Shown: in pieces, positions 13,831 to 26,535 of the stretch
How the letters are laid out: each line of letters opens with the position of its first letter
How positions within the stretch are numbered: the first letter of the stretch is position 1
DNA from: the human T2T-CHM13v2.0 reference genome, Homo sapiens
Assembly: GCF_009914755.1 (NCBI RefSeq)
Contig: NC_060937.1
DNA: 64,000 bases
Reading direction: 5' to 3' (one strand)
Translations under genes and position numbers: made by a program
Notes under the pieces: model-generated
What the model saw: the letters and a program-made list of their open reading frames with translations, nothing else
Databases searched by the model: none
What the model was told of the DNA's origin: nothing

Positions 13831-16136
13831 AAAGTTTCTATTTTGTTTATATTATTGAATAATTAGCAATATTTGACCCAATCATGGAGAAGAGAAAATA
13901 ATGCATGAAATTCCACAGCTTTTATGCTTAAATTTCTTTTATTTCTAGGAAATCGTGTTTGCGTGTTTGCTTGGCCATACAGTGCTGCCTTTAATTATCT
14001 GGAGCTAACAATGCATAATTTATCTTTTGTTTCATTTGTTGGTTTAAGTTTCATAAACTTCCATATATTATGTGTAATTTTGCAGGTGAGAAGATCAGCT
14101 CATTGTTCATTTATTCACTCCCTGTCACAATTTAATTAATTTTATGATTGGCGTCAGACATCTACACAAAGTTGGAGTGAAACTCTGAAGAATTAATCCT
14201 GTTTAGGTGAGAAGTATCATAAAATACAGGTTTTCCATGATGTTCATTAAAAATTTAATGTATATCTTGGTATGATGTTTCACATAATCTATGATATACT
14301 ATTCAGACACACAATATTCTGCTGTCTTTTCTTATAATTTCATCATGATTTGAGCATTATATTGACATAATTTTAGAAATCTTTTTTCTCAGTTTTGAAA
14401 TTTAGGTGAAAATATTAAATATTTTGAAAAGAAATTGTTGCCTCAGGCTTGAACTAGCACATTTGGAGCCTCTGTAAACTAGAGTTAGGTTTATTTTTTG
14501 TTTTCTCCTCCTCTGTTTTTGTGACTTTTAAAGTGTTATTTACTAAGTAAAATGTTTATCATATTTTCCATTGTGTTTTCTAATACTGCCTCTACTTCAT
14601 GTTCATAAATGCCCCCATGTCCTGCCTCTAGACTTATATTGATATCTGATTCAAATTAAACCATAAATTCCAGAGGCACAAAATATAGAAATTATGATTC
14701 ATTGTTAGTTTAAATGTATTATTGTTGACATTAACATGAGCAACTTGGACAATATATTTTCCATTGAGGAAACCTAAAAAATATACATTGTCTCTTTACA
14801 TTGGAAAGAGGTAGAAATCAAACATAATTTTAAACTAAATAAAGTGTGGGTTTAGTATTGTGAAACTATTGTTTCATTATGAAATGGGTTTTGGTAAGAT
14901 CTCTATTTAAATAAGAATAGTAATGAGAATAATTCAATAGTATATGAAGGACATTTGTTTGACAGGGTCAAAAACAAATAGTGATCAGGGAACATGCATA
15001 TTGGTATTATGAGATTAATATTGAGCAAAATAAATCTCAAGAATTATTACAGAAACGTCATAAATTTTGCTACTTAGAATTTCATGAAGGCTAAAGTCAA
15101 ACATGACAATGCAAAATGGAATAAATATGTACATTTGTGCTGACAACAACCTTAACTATAATAGATATGTTGTACTTGGCAAAATATTGCATTTTCTATT
15201 TTTTTAAGCATAGTTTTGTTATTTGTGTAAGTTACTTGTATTCACACACACAGTCTTCATTTGAATTAATGTTCATTTATCCTAAAATAATATATACCAC
15301 TATCTCATCTCACAAAACAACAATTTCATCACCTTTACATGTTGTAATGTAGAACTGAGTGCTAAATAATGCTAGGAAAAATATAAATGCCATAAAATGT
15401 AAACATAAAAGTTTTCAGAGATCCTCACATTTGGAGGAAAAAGGGCATATAAAAATATAATAAATCATCTCCTCTAGCTAAGTAAGTCTATACCACCATT
15501 TCTAAAGATATTACACTGACACAGTTGAATAGCATCAACTTGGGTTAGAAATATATGCCACTAAATATAGTTTTTCCTTTTTTATATAGGTGTCACTTTG
15601 TTTTATAGTTGGAGTAAATAAAAATACTGCTTTTCTTTAGGCTGATTGTTAAAATTGCACCGTACAATTCCCTCTTAGTCCTCAAATGGTTATAGAGTCT
15701 CAGAGTATCAGAATGGGCTTATTTTGTAGAAACATGAAATTCTAATTTATCTTTAATAATAATTATTGATGAACGGTACTAATTATTACAAAATACTGCT
15801 ATTTTCTCCAATATATTTATATATTCAAAAATATTTAAGATTATTTACAATTATTTGCATATTGTCACTTAACCCAATGATGGATACAAAATATACAAAA
15901 CTGGTATAAATAAAAAGTGAAAAGCTTCCAAAAATGGTGATATTTTTTATTGACCTACCTTAACACTTGCCCTTTGGGAAAGTAAAAAGGAAAAAACACC
16001 ATAATATTATTGTAACATATTTTAAATAAAAAGACTTATTAACAATATAGTTGCAATGGATTTCAAAGTTTATCATATTTTGGGAAGTTTCTATTTTAAA
16101 TTTAAACTGAGAAATGTTTATATAAATCATATGCCA

Positions 16137-16505
16137 TGTTATGGACTGACTTGTGTCCCTACAAAATTTGTCTGTTGAATCCATAACCCCCAATTGTACC
16201 TGAATTTGGAGATAAGGTCTTTCAATATGAATTAAAGTTAAATGAAGGCATAATGTTGGGGGCTAGATTTAATATGACTGTTGTCCTTGCAAGAGAGAGA
16301 CACCAGGGAAGTGCCCACAGAGAAAACGCCATGTGAGGGCATAGCAAAGAGGTGTTCTGCAAGCCAGGAAGAGGACCCTCACCAAACATTGAATGTGCCA
16401 ACACCTTTCTCCTGAACATCCAGTCTCCAGAAATGTGAGAAACAAATTTCCGGTAAGCCACCCAGTCTGTGGTATTTTGTTATGGCAGCACTAGCGAACT
16501 AATAC
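16137..16505 (+). mobile_element. MLT1A/B-like MaLR solo LTR
   Basis: tgttatggactga...gccatgtgagg...aagccacccagtctgtggtattttgttatggcagcactagcgaactaatac. Confidence 0.8.
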
Positions 16506-16793
16506 CATGTCCCAATGTTGCTAATTTTCTCTTTCACAGTCCAGGAGATAATTGATAAAAGAAAGTGCTTTCTTTTTTCTGAATTTTTAATTATTGTTAT
16601 AGGTACATGGTATGTGTATATATTTATGGAGTACATGAGATGTTTTGATACAGGCATACAATGTGTAATAATCATATTATTGAAATTGGGGTACCCATTT
16701 CCTCAAGTATTTATCCTTTGTGTTATAAACAATCCAATGTTACTCTTTTAGTTATTTTTAAATGTACAGTTAAAATTATTATTGATGAGATAG

Positions 16794-18055
16794 TGTTACA
16801 GGATCTTTGGGGTGTTGCTTTTCTGGCTGGAAACCTCTGTGTCCCGTGGTGCCTTTGGCCGAGTTCTTGTCCTGCATCCAGGAAGAATAAAGTATGCAGA
16901 CAAGTGGAGGGTGTGCTAGATGACGTGGAGCTTGATGGAGTGTTAGAACAGCTGAGAGGTGACCTGCAGTTGGTAGCTCATCTCTGTAGGCAGGTTGTCC
17001 CCTTGAGTGTTCAGCTGTCAGCAAAGAGAAGGCCCTGGAGTGGGTGGCTCCTCTCTGCAGCCAGGTCATCCCATCGTCTCTGCAGCTCTTAGCAGAAAGA
17101 TTGAAGTGCGTAGCTCTTCTCTGCCAGTAGGTTATCCTAACGAGTCCCTGGAGAGGGTAGCTCCTTCTCTGCAGCTGCTCATCCCAATGTCTGCCCAGCT
17201 CCTAGCAGAGAGGAAGCCCTGGAGTGGGTTGCTCCTCTCTGCAGCTAGTAGTCCTGATGTCTAGAGGGTAGCTTCTCTCTGCAGCTGGTTGTCCCATCAT
17301 CTTCTCTGCTCCGGCTAAGCCCGGCCCTTTTATGGGCCTCAGAGGGGAGGAAGTGCATGCTGATTGGTCCATGGACAGCCATGGGAAGGCCCAAAAAAGT
17401 CACCACAAGTTCCCACTCCAATCCGTGGGTCTGGCAGCCCAGCTCCCAGCCTTCAGGAGAGGCCTTACTGGGGACCCACTCCCTTCCATCTAGGAATATG
17501 TCTGTCTCCTGCTACCCTTCATGGTGCCCGGGGTCAGCCTGCACTTTGCTCCAATGTTGGAGCAGGTGGCCGCAGCAGGGAGAAGCCAGGCAGTGGGAGC
17601 AGGCACTTCCAAGACTGCAAGGGCAGGGAGGGGTCTTCCCAGGCTCCGAAGAGTGCAGGGATGCCTGAGTCTGCAGCCATGGTTTCAGCAGTGCAGCTGT
17701 CTTGTTGGGGGTGGGGTAGGGGGGCAGGTGGTGGTACTCCTGCCTGCTCCTGGCCCCCAAGAGCACAGGAAGGCTTGGATCCCTTGGATCCTCAGTCACG
17801 ACTTGGGTGGCTGCAGCCCCACCTGGGAGGGTGGGTTTCCTGCCTGCTCTGTGGATTGAGAGGCCCAGGTCTGCAGCCATGGTTTGGGTGGCTGCAGCAG
17901 CAGCCAGGGAGCTCCCACCCCTACTCAGAAGTGGCAGGGATCACTTTTGTCCCTGGCTCCCATTTGCTCCATGGAGAGTGCAGCCCTGGCCACGCCTCCC
18001 TGCTGCAGCAGGTATGATGGCAGCAGCAGGCCATCTGGAGAGGCCACTGCCGTCA
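16794..18055 (-). mobile_element. MER52-family ERV1 solo LTR nested in L1MA 3' UTR
   Basis: tgttacaggatctttggggtgttgcttttctggctggaaacctctgtg...gccactgccgtca; GC-rich; internal ctctctgcagc repeats; approximate 4-bp TSD atag/attg. Confidence 0.85.
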
Positions 18056-18289
18056 ATTGTACCATGTTATGTTGTCAAATACTAGGCCTTACTCATTCTT
18101 TCCATTTTTGTGGCATCCATTCACCATCCCCACCTCCCCACCAATACAAACCCACTTCCCTTTCCAGCCTTTGGTAAACATCCTTTTAATCTGCATCTCC
18201 ATGAGTTCAATTGTTTGGATTTTAAAATCCTACAAATAAGTGAGAAAATGTGATGTTTGTCTTTCTGTGCCTTGCTTATTTCAGGTAAC

Positions 18290-21200
18290 ATACATAATGA
18301 CCTCCAGTTCCATCCATGTTTTTGCAAATGACAGCATCTCATTGTTTTTTGTGGCTGAATAGTATTCCATTGTGAATAAGTACCACATTTTCTTTTCCCA
18401 TTCATCTGTTGATGAACACTTAGTTTGCTTGCAAATTTTGGTTACTGTGAACAGTGCTGCAACAAACATGGGAGGGCAGATATCTCTTTGATATACTGAT
18501 TTACATTTTTTTGTTGTTCTGGGTATATATCCAACAGTAGGATTGCCAGATCATATGGGAGTTCTATTTTAATTTTTTGAGAACCCTCCAAACTGTTCTC
18601 CATAATGGTGGTTCTAATTTATGTTCCCACCAACAGTATATGAGGGTTTTCTTTTCTGCAAATCCTCTCCAGGACTTATTGACTGTCTTTGGAATATAAA
18701 TCATTTTAACTGGGGTAAGATGCTATCTCATTGTAATTTTGATTTGTATTTCTTGGATGATCAAGAGCATCTTTTCATGTACCTGTTGCCATTTGTATGT
18801 CTTCTTTTGAGAAATGTCTATTCAAATATTTTGCCCATGTTTTAATAAAATTGTTTTTTCCTATATAGTTGTTTAAGCTCCTTATATATTCTAGTTATTA
18901 ATACATTGTCAAATACATATTTTTCAAATATTTTCTCTCATTCTGTGGGTTCCTCACTGTGACGAAGCTTTTTAACTTGATGTGATCCCATTTGTGTATT
19001 TTTGCTTTGGTTGCTTGTGCTTGTAGGGCATTACTCAAAAGTTTCTGCACAGGCCAATGTCCTAGAGAGTTTATCCAATTTTTTTAATCAGTTTTATCAT
19101 TTGAGGTCTTAGATTTAAGTCCTTAATCCATTTTGATTTTACTTTTGTATATGACAAGAGATAGGGGTCTAGTTTCATTCTTCTGCATATGGATATCCAG
19201 TTATCTCCACACCATTTATTGAAGAGAGTGTCTTTTCTTCAGTGTATATTCTTGGCACCTTTGTGGAAATGAGTTTGCTGTAGGGGCATGAAGTTGTTTC
19301 TGGGTTCTCTACTCTGTTCCGTTGGTCTATGTGTCTGTTTTTATGCCAGTACCATGCTGTTTTGGTTACTGTAGCTCTGCAGTATAATTTGAAGTCAGTT
19401 AATGTGATTCCTCCACTTTTGTTCTTTTTGCTTAGGATAGCTTTGACTATTCTGGGTCTTTTGTGGTATTATATAACATTTAATTTTTTTTTCCTATTTC
19501 AGTGAAGAATTTCATTGATATTTTGATACAAATTGCATTAAATTTGTAGATTGCTTTGAGTGGTATCAACATTTTAACAATATTGATTTTTCCAATCCAC
19601 AAACATGGAATACCTTTCCATTTTTTTGTTTGTTCATTTTAATTTCTTTCACCAGTGTCTTATAGTTTGTATTTTAGAAATCTTTCACTTCCTTGCTTAA
19701 GTTAATTCCTAAGTATTTTATTTTATGTGAGACTATTGTAAATAGAATTTTTTTATTTATTTTTCAGATTGTTCACTGTTGACATATAGAAATCTACTGG
19801 GGTTTTTTTAGTGTTGATTTTGTATCCTGCAAATCTCTGATCTTGTTTATCAGTTCCAATAGTTTTCTTGTGGAATCCTTAGCGTTCTCCAAATGTAAGA
19901 TCACATCACCTGCAAAAAGGATAATTTAACCCTATTTAGATGCCTTTCATATATTTGTCTTGTCCGCTTGCTCTAGCTAGGCCTTCCGGTTAAGTACTAT
20001 GTTGAATAACAGTGGTGAAACAGTGACATCCTTGTCATGTTCCAGATCTTGGAGGAAAGGCTTTCAGTTTTTCCCCATTAAGTATGATACTAGCTGTGGT
20101 TCTGTCATATATGACTTTTATTATGTTGATGTATGTTCTTTCTATACCCTGTTTTTTGAAGGATTTTATCATTAACAATGCTAAACTTTATCAAATGCTT
20201 TTTTGGCATCAGGTGAAAAGATCATATTTTTTGTCCTTCATTCTGTTAATATGACTTATTATATGAATTGATTTATGTACATTCAAGGATCCTTGCACCC
20301 CAGGGATAAATCTCACTTGGACATGAAGAATGTTATTTTAATGTTTTGTTGAGATCCGTTTGCTAGTATTCTGTTGAAGGATTCTGCATCAATATTCATC
20401 AAACATATTGGTCTGTAGTTTTCTTTATTTGATGTGTCTTTATCTAGTTTTGGTATCAGAGTAAGACTGGCCTCATAGAATGAGTTCAGAAGTATTTCAT
20501 CCTCCTATTACTGAGAATGTTTTTAGTAGAATTGATATTAGTTCTTTAAATTTTTAATAGAATTCAGCAGCGAAATCATCACGTCACAGGCTTTTCTTTA
20601 CGGGGACATTTTTACTATGGCTTCAATCTCACTATTTGTTATTGATCTGCTTTGGTTTTATATTTCTTCATGATTCAGTCTTGGCAGGTCGTATATGCCT
20701 AGGAATTTGTTCATTTCTTCTAGATTTTCCAATTTATTGACATATAGTTGCTCATAGTAAACACTAATTATTATTTGAATTTCTGTGGTATCAGTTGCAA
20801 TGTCTCCTTTTTCACCTTTTGTTTTATTTATTTGGGTCTTCTCTTTTTTTCTTAGTCTGGCTAAAGATTTGGCTATTTTGTTTAACTTTTCAAAAGCAAC
20901 TTTTTTGTTATATTGGTCTTTTGTACTGTTTGCTTCATTTGAATTTCATTTATTTCTTCTCTGATATTTATTATTTCTTTTTTATGCTAATCTCAGCTTT
21001 GGTTTGCTCCTGATTCTCTAGTTTGTTAAGATGCATTGTTATTTTGTGTATTTGAAGTTTTTCTGCTTTTTTTGATGTAGACACTTATTGCTATAAACTT
21101 CTGTGTTAGTATTGCATTTGTTGTATCTCATAGCTTTTGGTATGTTGTGTTTTCTTCATCATTTGTCTCAAGAAATTTTTTAATTTCCTTCTTAATTTCT

Positions 21201-21938
21201 TCATTGACCCACTGGTCATTCAGGCACATATTGTTTAATTTCCATGTATTTTTATAATTTCCAAAATTTCTCATTATCAATTCCTAGTTTTATTCCATTG
21301 TTGTCAGAGGAAATGCTTGATATTATTCCAATTTTTTGGAATGTTTTAAGACTAGTTTTATAACCTAACATATGGTCTATCCTTGAGAATAATTCATGTG
21401 CTGAGGAAAAGAATGTGTATTCTGCAAGCATTGAATGAAACATTCTGCAAATGTCTGTTAGGTTCGTTGGATCTATACTGGAGATTAAGCTCGATGTTTC
21501 TTTGTTGACTTTCTGTCTGGAAGATCTCTCTGATGTTGAAAGTAAGGTGTTGAATTCTCTAGCTATTATTTTATTGGGGGCCTATCTCTCTCTAATAATA
21601 TTTGTTTTATATAGCTGGGTGTTTCAATGTTAGGTTTACATATATTTACAATAGTTCCATTTTCTTGCTTAATTGACTCCTTTATCATTATATAGTGACT
21701 TTGTTTGTCTCTTCTTATACTTCTTGTCTGGAAATCTATTTTGTCCCCATACCCTTATTTTCAATCTGTTTCTTTCTAGACAAAGTGTGTTCCTTGCAGG
21801 CAACAAATTATTGGTTCTTGTTTTGTTTTTGTTGTTTTTTTTTTTAATCCATTCAGTTACTCTGTGTCTTTTGATTGGAGAGTTTAGCCTATTTACCTTC
21901 AATGTAATTATTGATAAGTAATGACTTACTCCTGCCAT
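18290..21938 (-). pseudogene. Disrupted L1 ORF2 (endonuclease/reverse transcriptase)
   Basis: ORF-track fragments 21669-21938, 21252-21443 and 18281-18469 (MFVAALFTVTK...MWY...MEYYSA) match L1 ORF2 N-terminus, EN domain and C-terminus; many stops and frameshifts. Confidence 0.85.
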
Positions 21939-23502
21939 TTGTTAGACGTTTTCCGGTTGTGTTTTATAATCTTCTCTTCCTTCTTTCCTTTCTATCTTCC
22001 TTTTAGTGAAGGTGATTTCATCTAAGGCTATCATTCAGTTTCTTGCTTTTTATTTTTTTATATTTGCTGTATATTTTTTAGTTTGAGGTTCCCAAGAGGC
22101 TTACAAATACTATCTTATAACTCATCATTTTAAGCTGATAACAGCTTAACATTATTTTCATAAACAAGCAAAAGGAAAACTAAAATAAAAGACTCTGTGC
22201 CTTAACTTTATTTTCCTGCTTGTTATTTTATTGTTTCTATTTGTATCTTCTTGTACTGGCTATGTCTTGAAAATTGTTGTAGTTATTATTTTTTATTCAT
22301 TCATCATTTACTGTTTCTGCTTAAGAATAGTTTACATACCACAGTTACAGTGTCACAATATTCTGTTTTTCTGTATAATCACTATTACCAGAGAGTTTTG
22401 GATCTTCAAATGATTTCTTATTGATTATTGTCTTTTTCTTTCTGATTGAAGTACTCTCGTTAGTATTTCTTGTTGGACAGTTCTGGTACTGATGAAATCC
22501 CTCAATTTTTGTTTGTCTGGGAAAGCCTTAATTTCTCCATGTTTGAAGGACATTGTCACCCGATATATGATTTTAAGTAAGAGGTGTTTTTTGTTGTTTT
22601 ATTTTTTTCCCTTCAGCACCTTGTATATGTCATGCCACTCTCTCCTGACCTGCAAGGTTTCCACTGAACAGTCTGCTGCCAGGCATACAATACAATTGGA
22701 ACTCCATTGTGTAGCATTTTTTTTCTTTTGCTGCTTTTAGCATCTTTTCTTTATCCTTGACCTTGGGGAGCTTACTTATTAAATGCCTTGAGGTAGTCTT
22801 CTTCGGGTTAAATCTGCTTGGTGTTCTATAACCTTCTTGGATGTGGATATTGATAGCTTTCTCTAGGTTTGGGAAGTTTTATGTTATTATCCTTTTGAAT
22901 AAACTCTCTACACCCTTTCTTTACCTTCTCTTTATGGCCAATACATCTTAGATTTGCCCTTTTGAGGCCATTTTCTAGATCCTGTAGGTATCCTTCATTG
23001 CTTTTGATTCCTTTTGCTTTTATCTCCTCTGACTCTTTGTTTTCATATAGCCCATCTTCAAACTCACCAAGTTTTACTTCTCCTTATCAGTTCTGCTATG
23101 AAAAGACTCTCATGCATTCTTCCATATGTCAATTGCATTTTTAAACTCCAGAATTTCTACTTGATTCTTTTTAATTATTTCAATCTCCTTGTTAAATTTA
23201 TCTGACAGAACTCTGAATTCCTTCTCTGTGTTATCTTGAATTTCTTTGAGTTGCCTCAAAACAGCTGTTTTGAATGCTCTGGCTGAAAGGTCACATATCT
23301 GTGTTTTCCAGAATTATTCCCTGGTGCCTTATTTAGTTCATTTGGTGAGATCATGATTTCCTGAATGGTGTTGATGCTCATAGATATTCTTCTGTGTCTG
23401 GGCACTGAAGAGTTAGGTACTTATTGTAGTCTTCATATTCTGGGCTTGTTTGTACTCATCCTTCTTGGAAAGGCTTTCCAGCTGTTTGAAAGGATTTTTG
23501 TG

Positions 23503-24011
23503 AATAGTGCCGCAATAAACATACGTGTGCATGTGTCTTTATAGCAGCATGATTTATAATCCTTTGGCAAAGACTTGGAACCAACCCAAATGTCCAACAA
23601 CAATAGACTGGATTAAGAAAATGTGGCACATATACACCATGGAATACTATGCAGCCATAAAAATGATGAGTTCATGTCCTTTGTAGGGACATGGATGAAA
23701 CTGGAAACCATCATTCTCAGCAAACTATCGCAAGGACAAAAAACCAAACACCACATGTTCTCACTCATATGTGGGAATTGAACAATGAGAACACATGGAC
23801 ACAGGAAGGGGAACATCGCACTCCAGGGACTGTTGTGGGGTGGGGGGAGGGGAGAGGGATAGCATTAGGAGATACACCTAATGTTAAATGATGAGTTAAT
23901 GGGTGCAGCACACCAACATGGCACATGTATATATATGTAACAAGCCTGCACATTGTGCACATGTACCCTAAAACTTAAAGTATAATAATAATAAAATTAA
24001 AAACAAAAAAA
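23503..24011 (+). mobile_element. 5'-truncated, 5'-inverted L1PA (L1PA3/4-like)
   Basis: Antisense piece 23503-23567 then sense piece 23568-24011 with primate L1 3' UTR and A tail; 15-bp TSD gaaaggatttttgtg at 23488-23502 and 24012-24026. Confidence 0.92.
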
Positions 24012-25054
24012 GAAAGGATTTTTGTGTTAAGATCTAAGCTGCATCTGCTTTAGGGGGTGCCCAAGCCCAGTAATTCTGTGGTTCTTACAGGCTCATAAAG
24101 GTACTGCCTTGATGACCTTGGATAAGATCCAGAAGAATTCTCTGGATTACCAGCTGGAAACTCTTTTTCTCTTCCCTTATTTTCTCCCAAACAAACAGAA
24201 TCTCTCTCCCTCTCTCTCTCTTTCTCTCTCCTCTGCCACCTGGATTGGGGGTGGAGTAACACAAGCACTGCTGTGGCCACCACCCCTGGGACTATGCTAG
24301 GTCAGACCCAAAGCCAGCGCTCCCTTAGCCCACCCTCTATCCAGTGTCTCAGTATGTCACATCGGCCCCGACCAGCCCACTGGCTCTGGGCCCAGTTCAG
24401 CACTAGGATTTGCTTAGGATTTTTATTCCTTGTGGCCTAGACTGCCTTTCAAGTTTATTCAGAGTCCCAGAGCACTTTAGCTCATGGTGATGAGGCTTGT
24501 GGGAAATCAAGTTCCAACCTCTGGAACCGGCAATTCCCATCTGGCTAGCACTGGTTTAAATGGCCCCTTTGTGGGTGGGCATCAGCTGTGTTTGGTCCCG
24601 CTTTTCTTTCTGCTGTAACAGGGCAGCACTGAGTTCAGTGCCTCGCAATTGCTAAACTCTCCATCTCTCCAGTGCACAGAATCACTCACTGCACCACGCG
24701 GCTACTGCCATGAGGTAGGGGAGGGGTTGCATCAGCAATTCAAAACTGTTTTTCTGATGTCTTCAGTGCCTCCTTCAGTGATATTAAGTTAAAACCAGGT
24801 ATTGTAAGTGCTTACCTGATTTTTGCTTCTCACGAAGGTGCTTTTTATGTGTATATAGTTGTTAATTGGTGCTCTTGCAGGGAGGATGATTAGTGGAGCC
24901 TTCTATTCTGCTATTTTGCTTTGCCCCTCTCACCACAAAGTGCTTTCTAGTAACTTTTATCTGTCTAAAATAACGAGCACTAATATCTTTTGAATTCTTG
25001 TAGGAAAGTTAGAGTATAAACATTTTTTGTGTATTAAATCATTTAATCTTCAAA

Positions 25055-25145
25055 ATAAACCAGTGAGTTAGGTTCGCTCTATTTTGCAAATGAAGGGACG
25101 AGAGCACAGTGCTCTTAAGAAACTTGACTGAGTTCACTGAGTATG
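25055..25145 (-). mobile_element. MIR fragment
   Basis: ctctattttgcaaatgaagggacgagagcacag...aagaaacttgactgagttcac. Confidence 0.5.
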
Positions 25146-25519
25146 GGAAACCTGCAGTTGATACTTCCACTTAACAGGTATAACTTTGTTTTCTGTACTT
25201 GTAATTTCAAAGTTAACTGTATTTTAATATATCAAATATTTGTACCGACTTGAGAATGTCTTTTTCTCACTCCAGCTGGTAAATGCCATTTAACAAATAA
25301 TCTTGGATACTTCTGTCTTTACTCTAGTGAGTGACGGATGCTTTCTCTAATAATTGGGTTATTGTCACAGGGAACTTGTAGAAAGTTTACAAGCAAAGAA
25401 AAACTATAAATCCTTATTTTCATACTTTTTATAGTAACATTCAATTATATTAAAATTAAATTACATTAAAAATGCCAAAAACATTTCACACTTATCAAAA
25501 AAGAGTTTGAAGTTTTGAA

Positions 25520-26350
25520 AAATAAAAATTGCCATGCTGTTTCTTTCAATGGATAAGGCATTTTACATTTCTTACCAGCAGTATAGAGGAATATCAGTTG
25601 CTCTGCATTCTCATGAACAATTGCCATTGTCAGGTTTTTACATTTTAGTCTGTCTAATAAGTGCATAGTAGTATCATATTGTGGTTTCAATTTGTATTTT
25701 CTTAATAACTGATAGATTTGAGTGTCTTTTCTTGTGCTTCTTTGTTTTCTATATCTTCTTCATTAAAGTATTTGTTTAAATTTTGCACATTTTATATCGG
25801 AAAATATTCTTTTATTGTGTTTTAAGAATTCTTTATATATTCCAGGTAAAGTACCATTATCAACTAATTTATTTGTAACTATTTTCTCAGTCTGCATTTT
25901 TTTATTTTTATTATCTTAACATTGTCTTTAGAAGAGCAGACATTCTTAATTTTGATAATGTTAGAGTCATCAGCAGATTATTTATAGATTGTATTTTTGG
26001 CTTAGTACTTAAGAAGTATTTGCAATCCCAAGGTTGAAAAGTTTTACTCCAGTGAATTTTCTTCTGAAAGTTTAATAAATTCAGGTTTTGCATTTAAATC
26101 TACTATATATTTGAGATTTTAAAAAATATAATATAAGGCATAAAAACTCTTTCTAAAAAACAGATTATCCAATTTGTCAAGAATAATTTGTTGTTAATAT
26201 TATCTTTTCTGCATAAATTGCCTTTGTACCTTTGTTAAGAATTAGTTGTCTATATATAGATGTGTGTCTATTATTTATTTCAGAACTCTCTTATCCTTAT
26301 TTATTTATCTATTTTTATAACAACATCACACTTTCTTACTTGATTAGTTA
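25520..26350 (-). mobile_element. Old L1M ORF2 3' fragment (antisense)
   Basis: ttttacatttcttaccagcagtatagagg...tcatattgtggtttcaatttgtattttcttaataac. Confidence 0.7.
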
Positions 26351-26535
26351 TTTTTATAAAGTTTAGTTTATCTCAATGAAGTCAGTCTGAATTAAACATA
26401 CCCCTACTGTATGATCTATCCATTCTATTCCTATGAATTTATATGAGAGAAATGAAAATAGATGTCCACACAAATACTTGTATGTGAATATCCACGGGAG
26501 TTTTACTTAAAATAGTCCAAAACTGAAATGTCCAT

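Larger units (their letters stand above)
16574..24936 (-). mobile_element. Apparently full-length, degenerate L1MA (L1MA1-3-like) hosting MER52 and L1PA insertions
   Basis: 3' UTR at 16574-16793 and 18056-18300; ORF2 remnants (MAGVSHYLSIITLKVNRLNSPIKRHR from 21938; EYTFFSSAHELFSRIDHMLG); ORF1 and 5' UTR to ~24936; 12-bp TSD aaagtgctttct at 16562-16573 and 24937-24948. Confidence 0.9.

Noticed and set aside
16960-17300. Spaced repeats of gg(t)agctcctctctgcagc resembling a CRISPR array
   Set aside because: Degenerate units with mutually similar spacers inside a MER52 LTR; eukaryotic context and no cas genes
16661-18177. Cluster of longer ORFs (up to 217 aa)
   Set aside because: Overlapping on both strands within GC-rich MER52, where stop codons are rare; no recognisable domain
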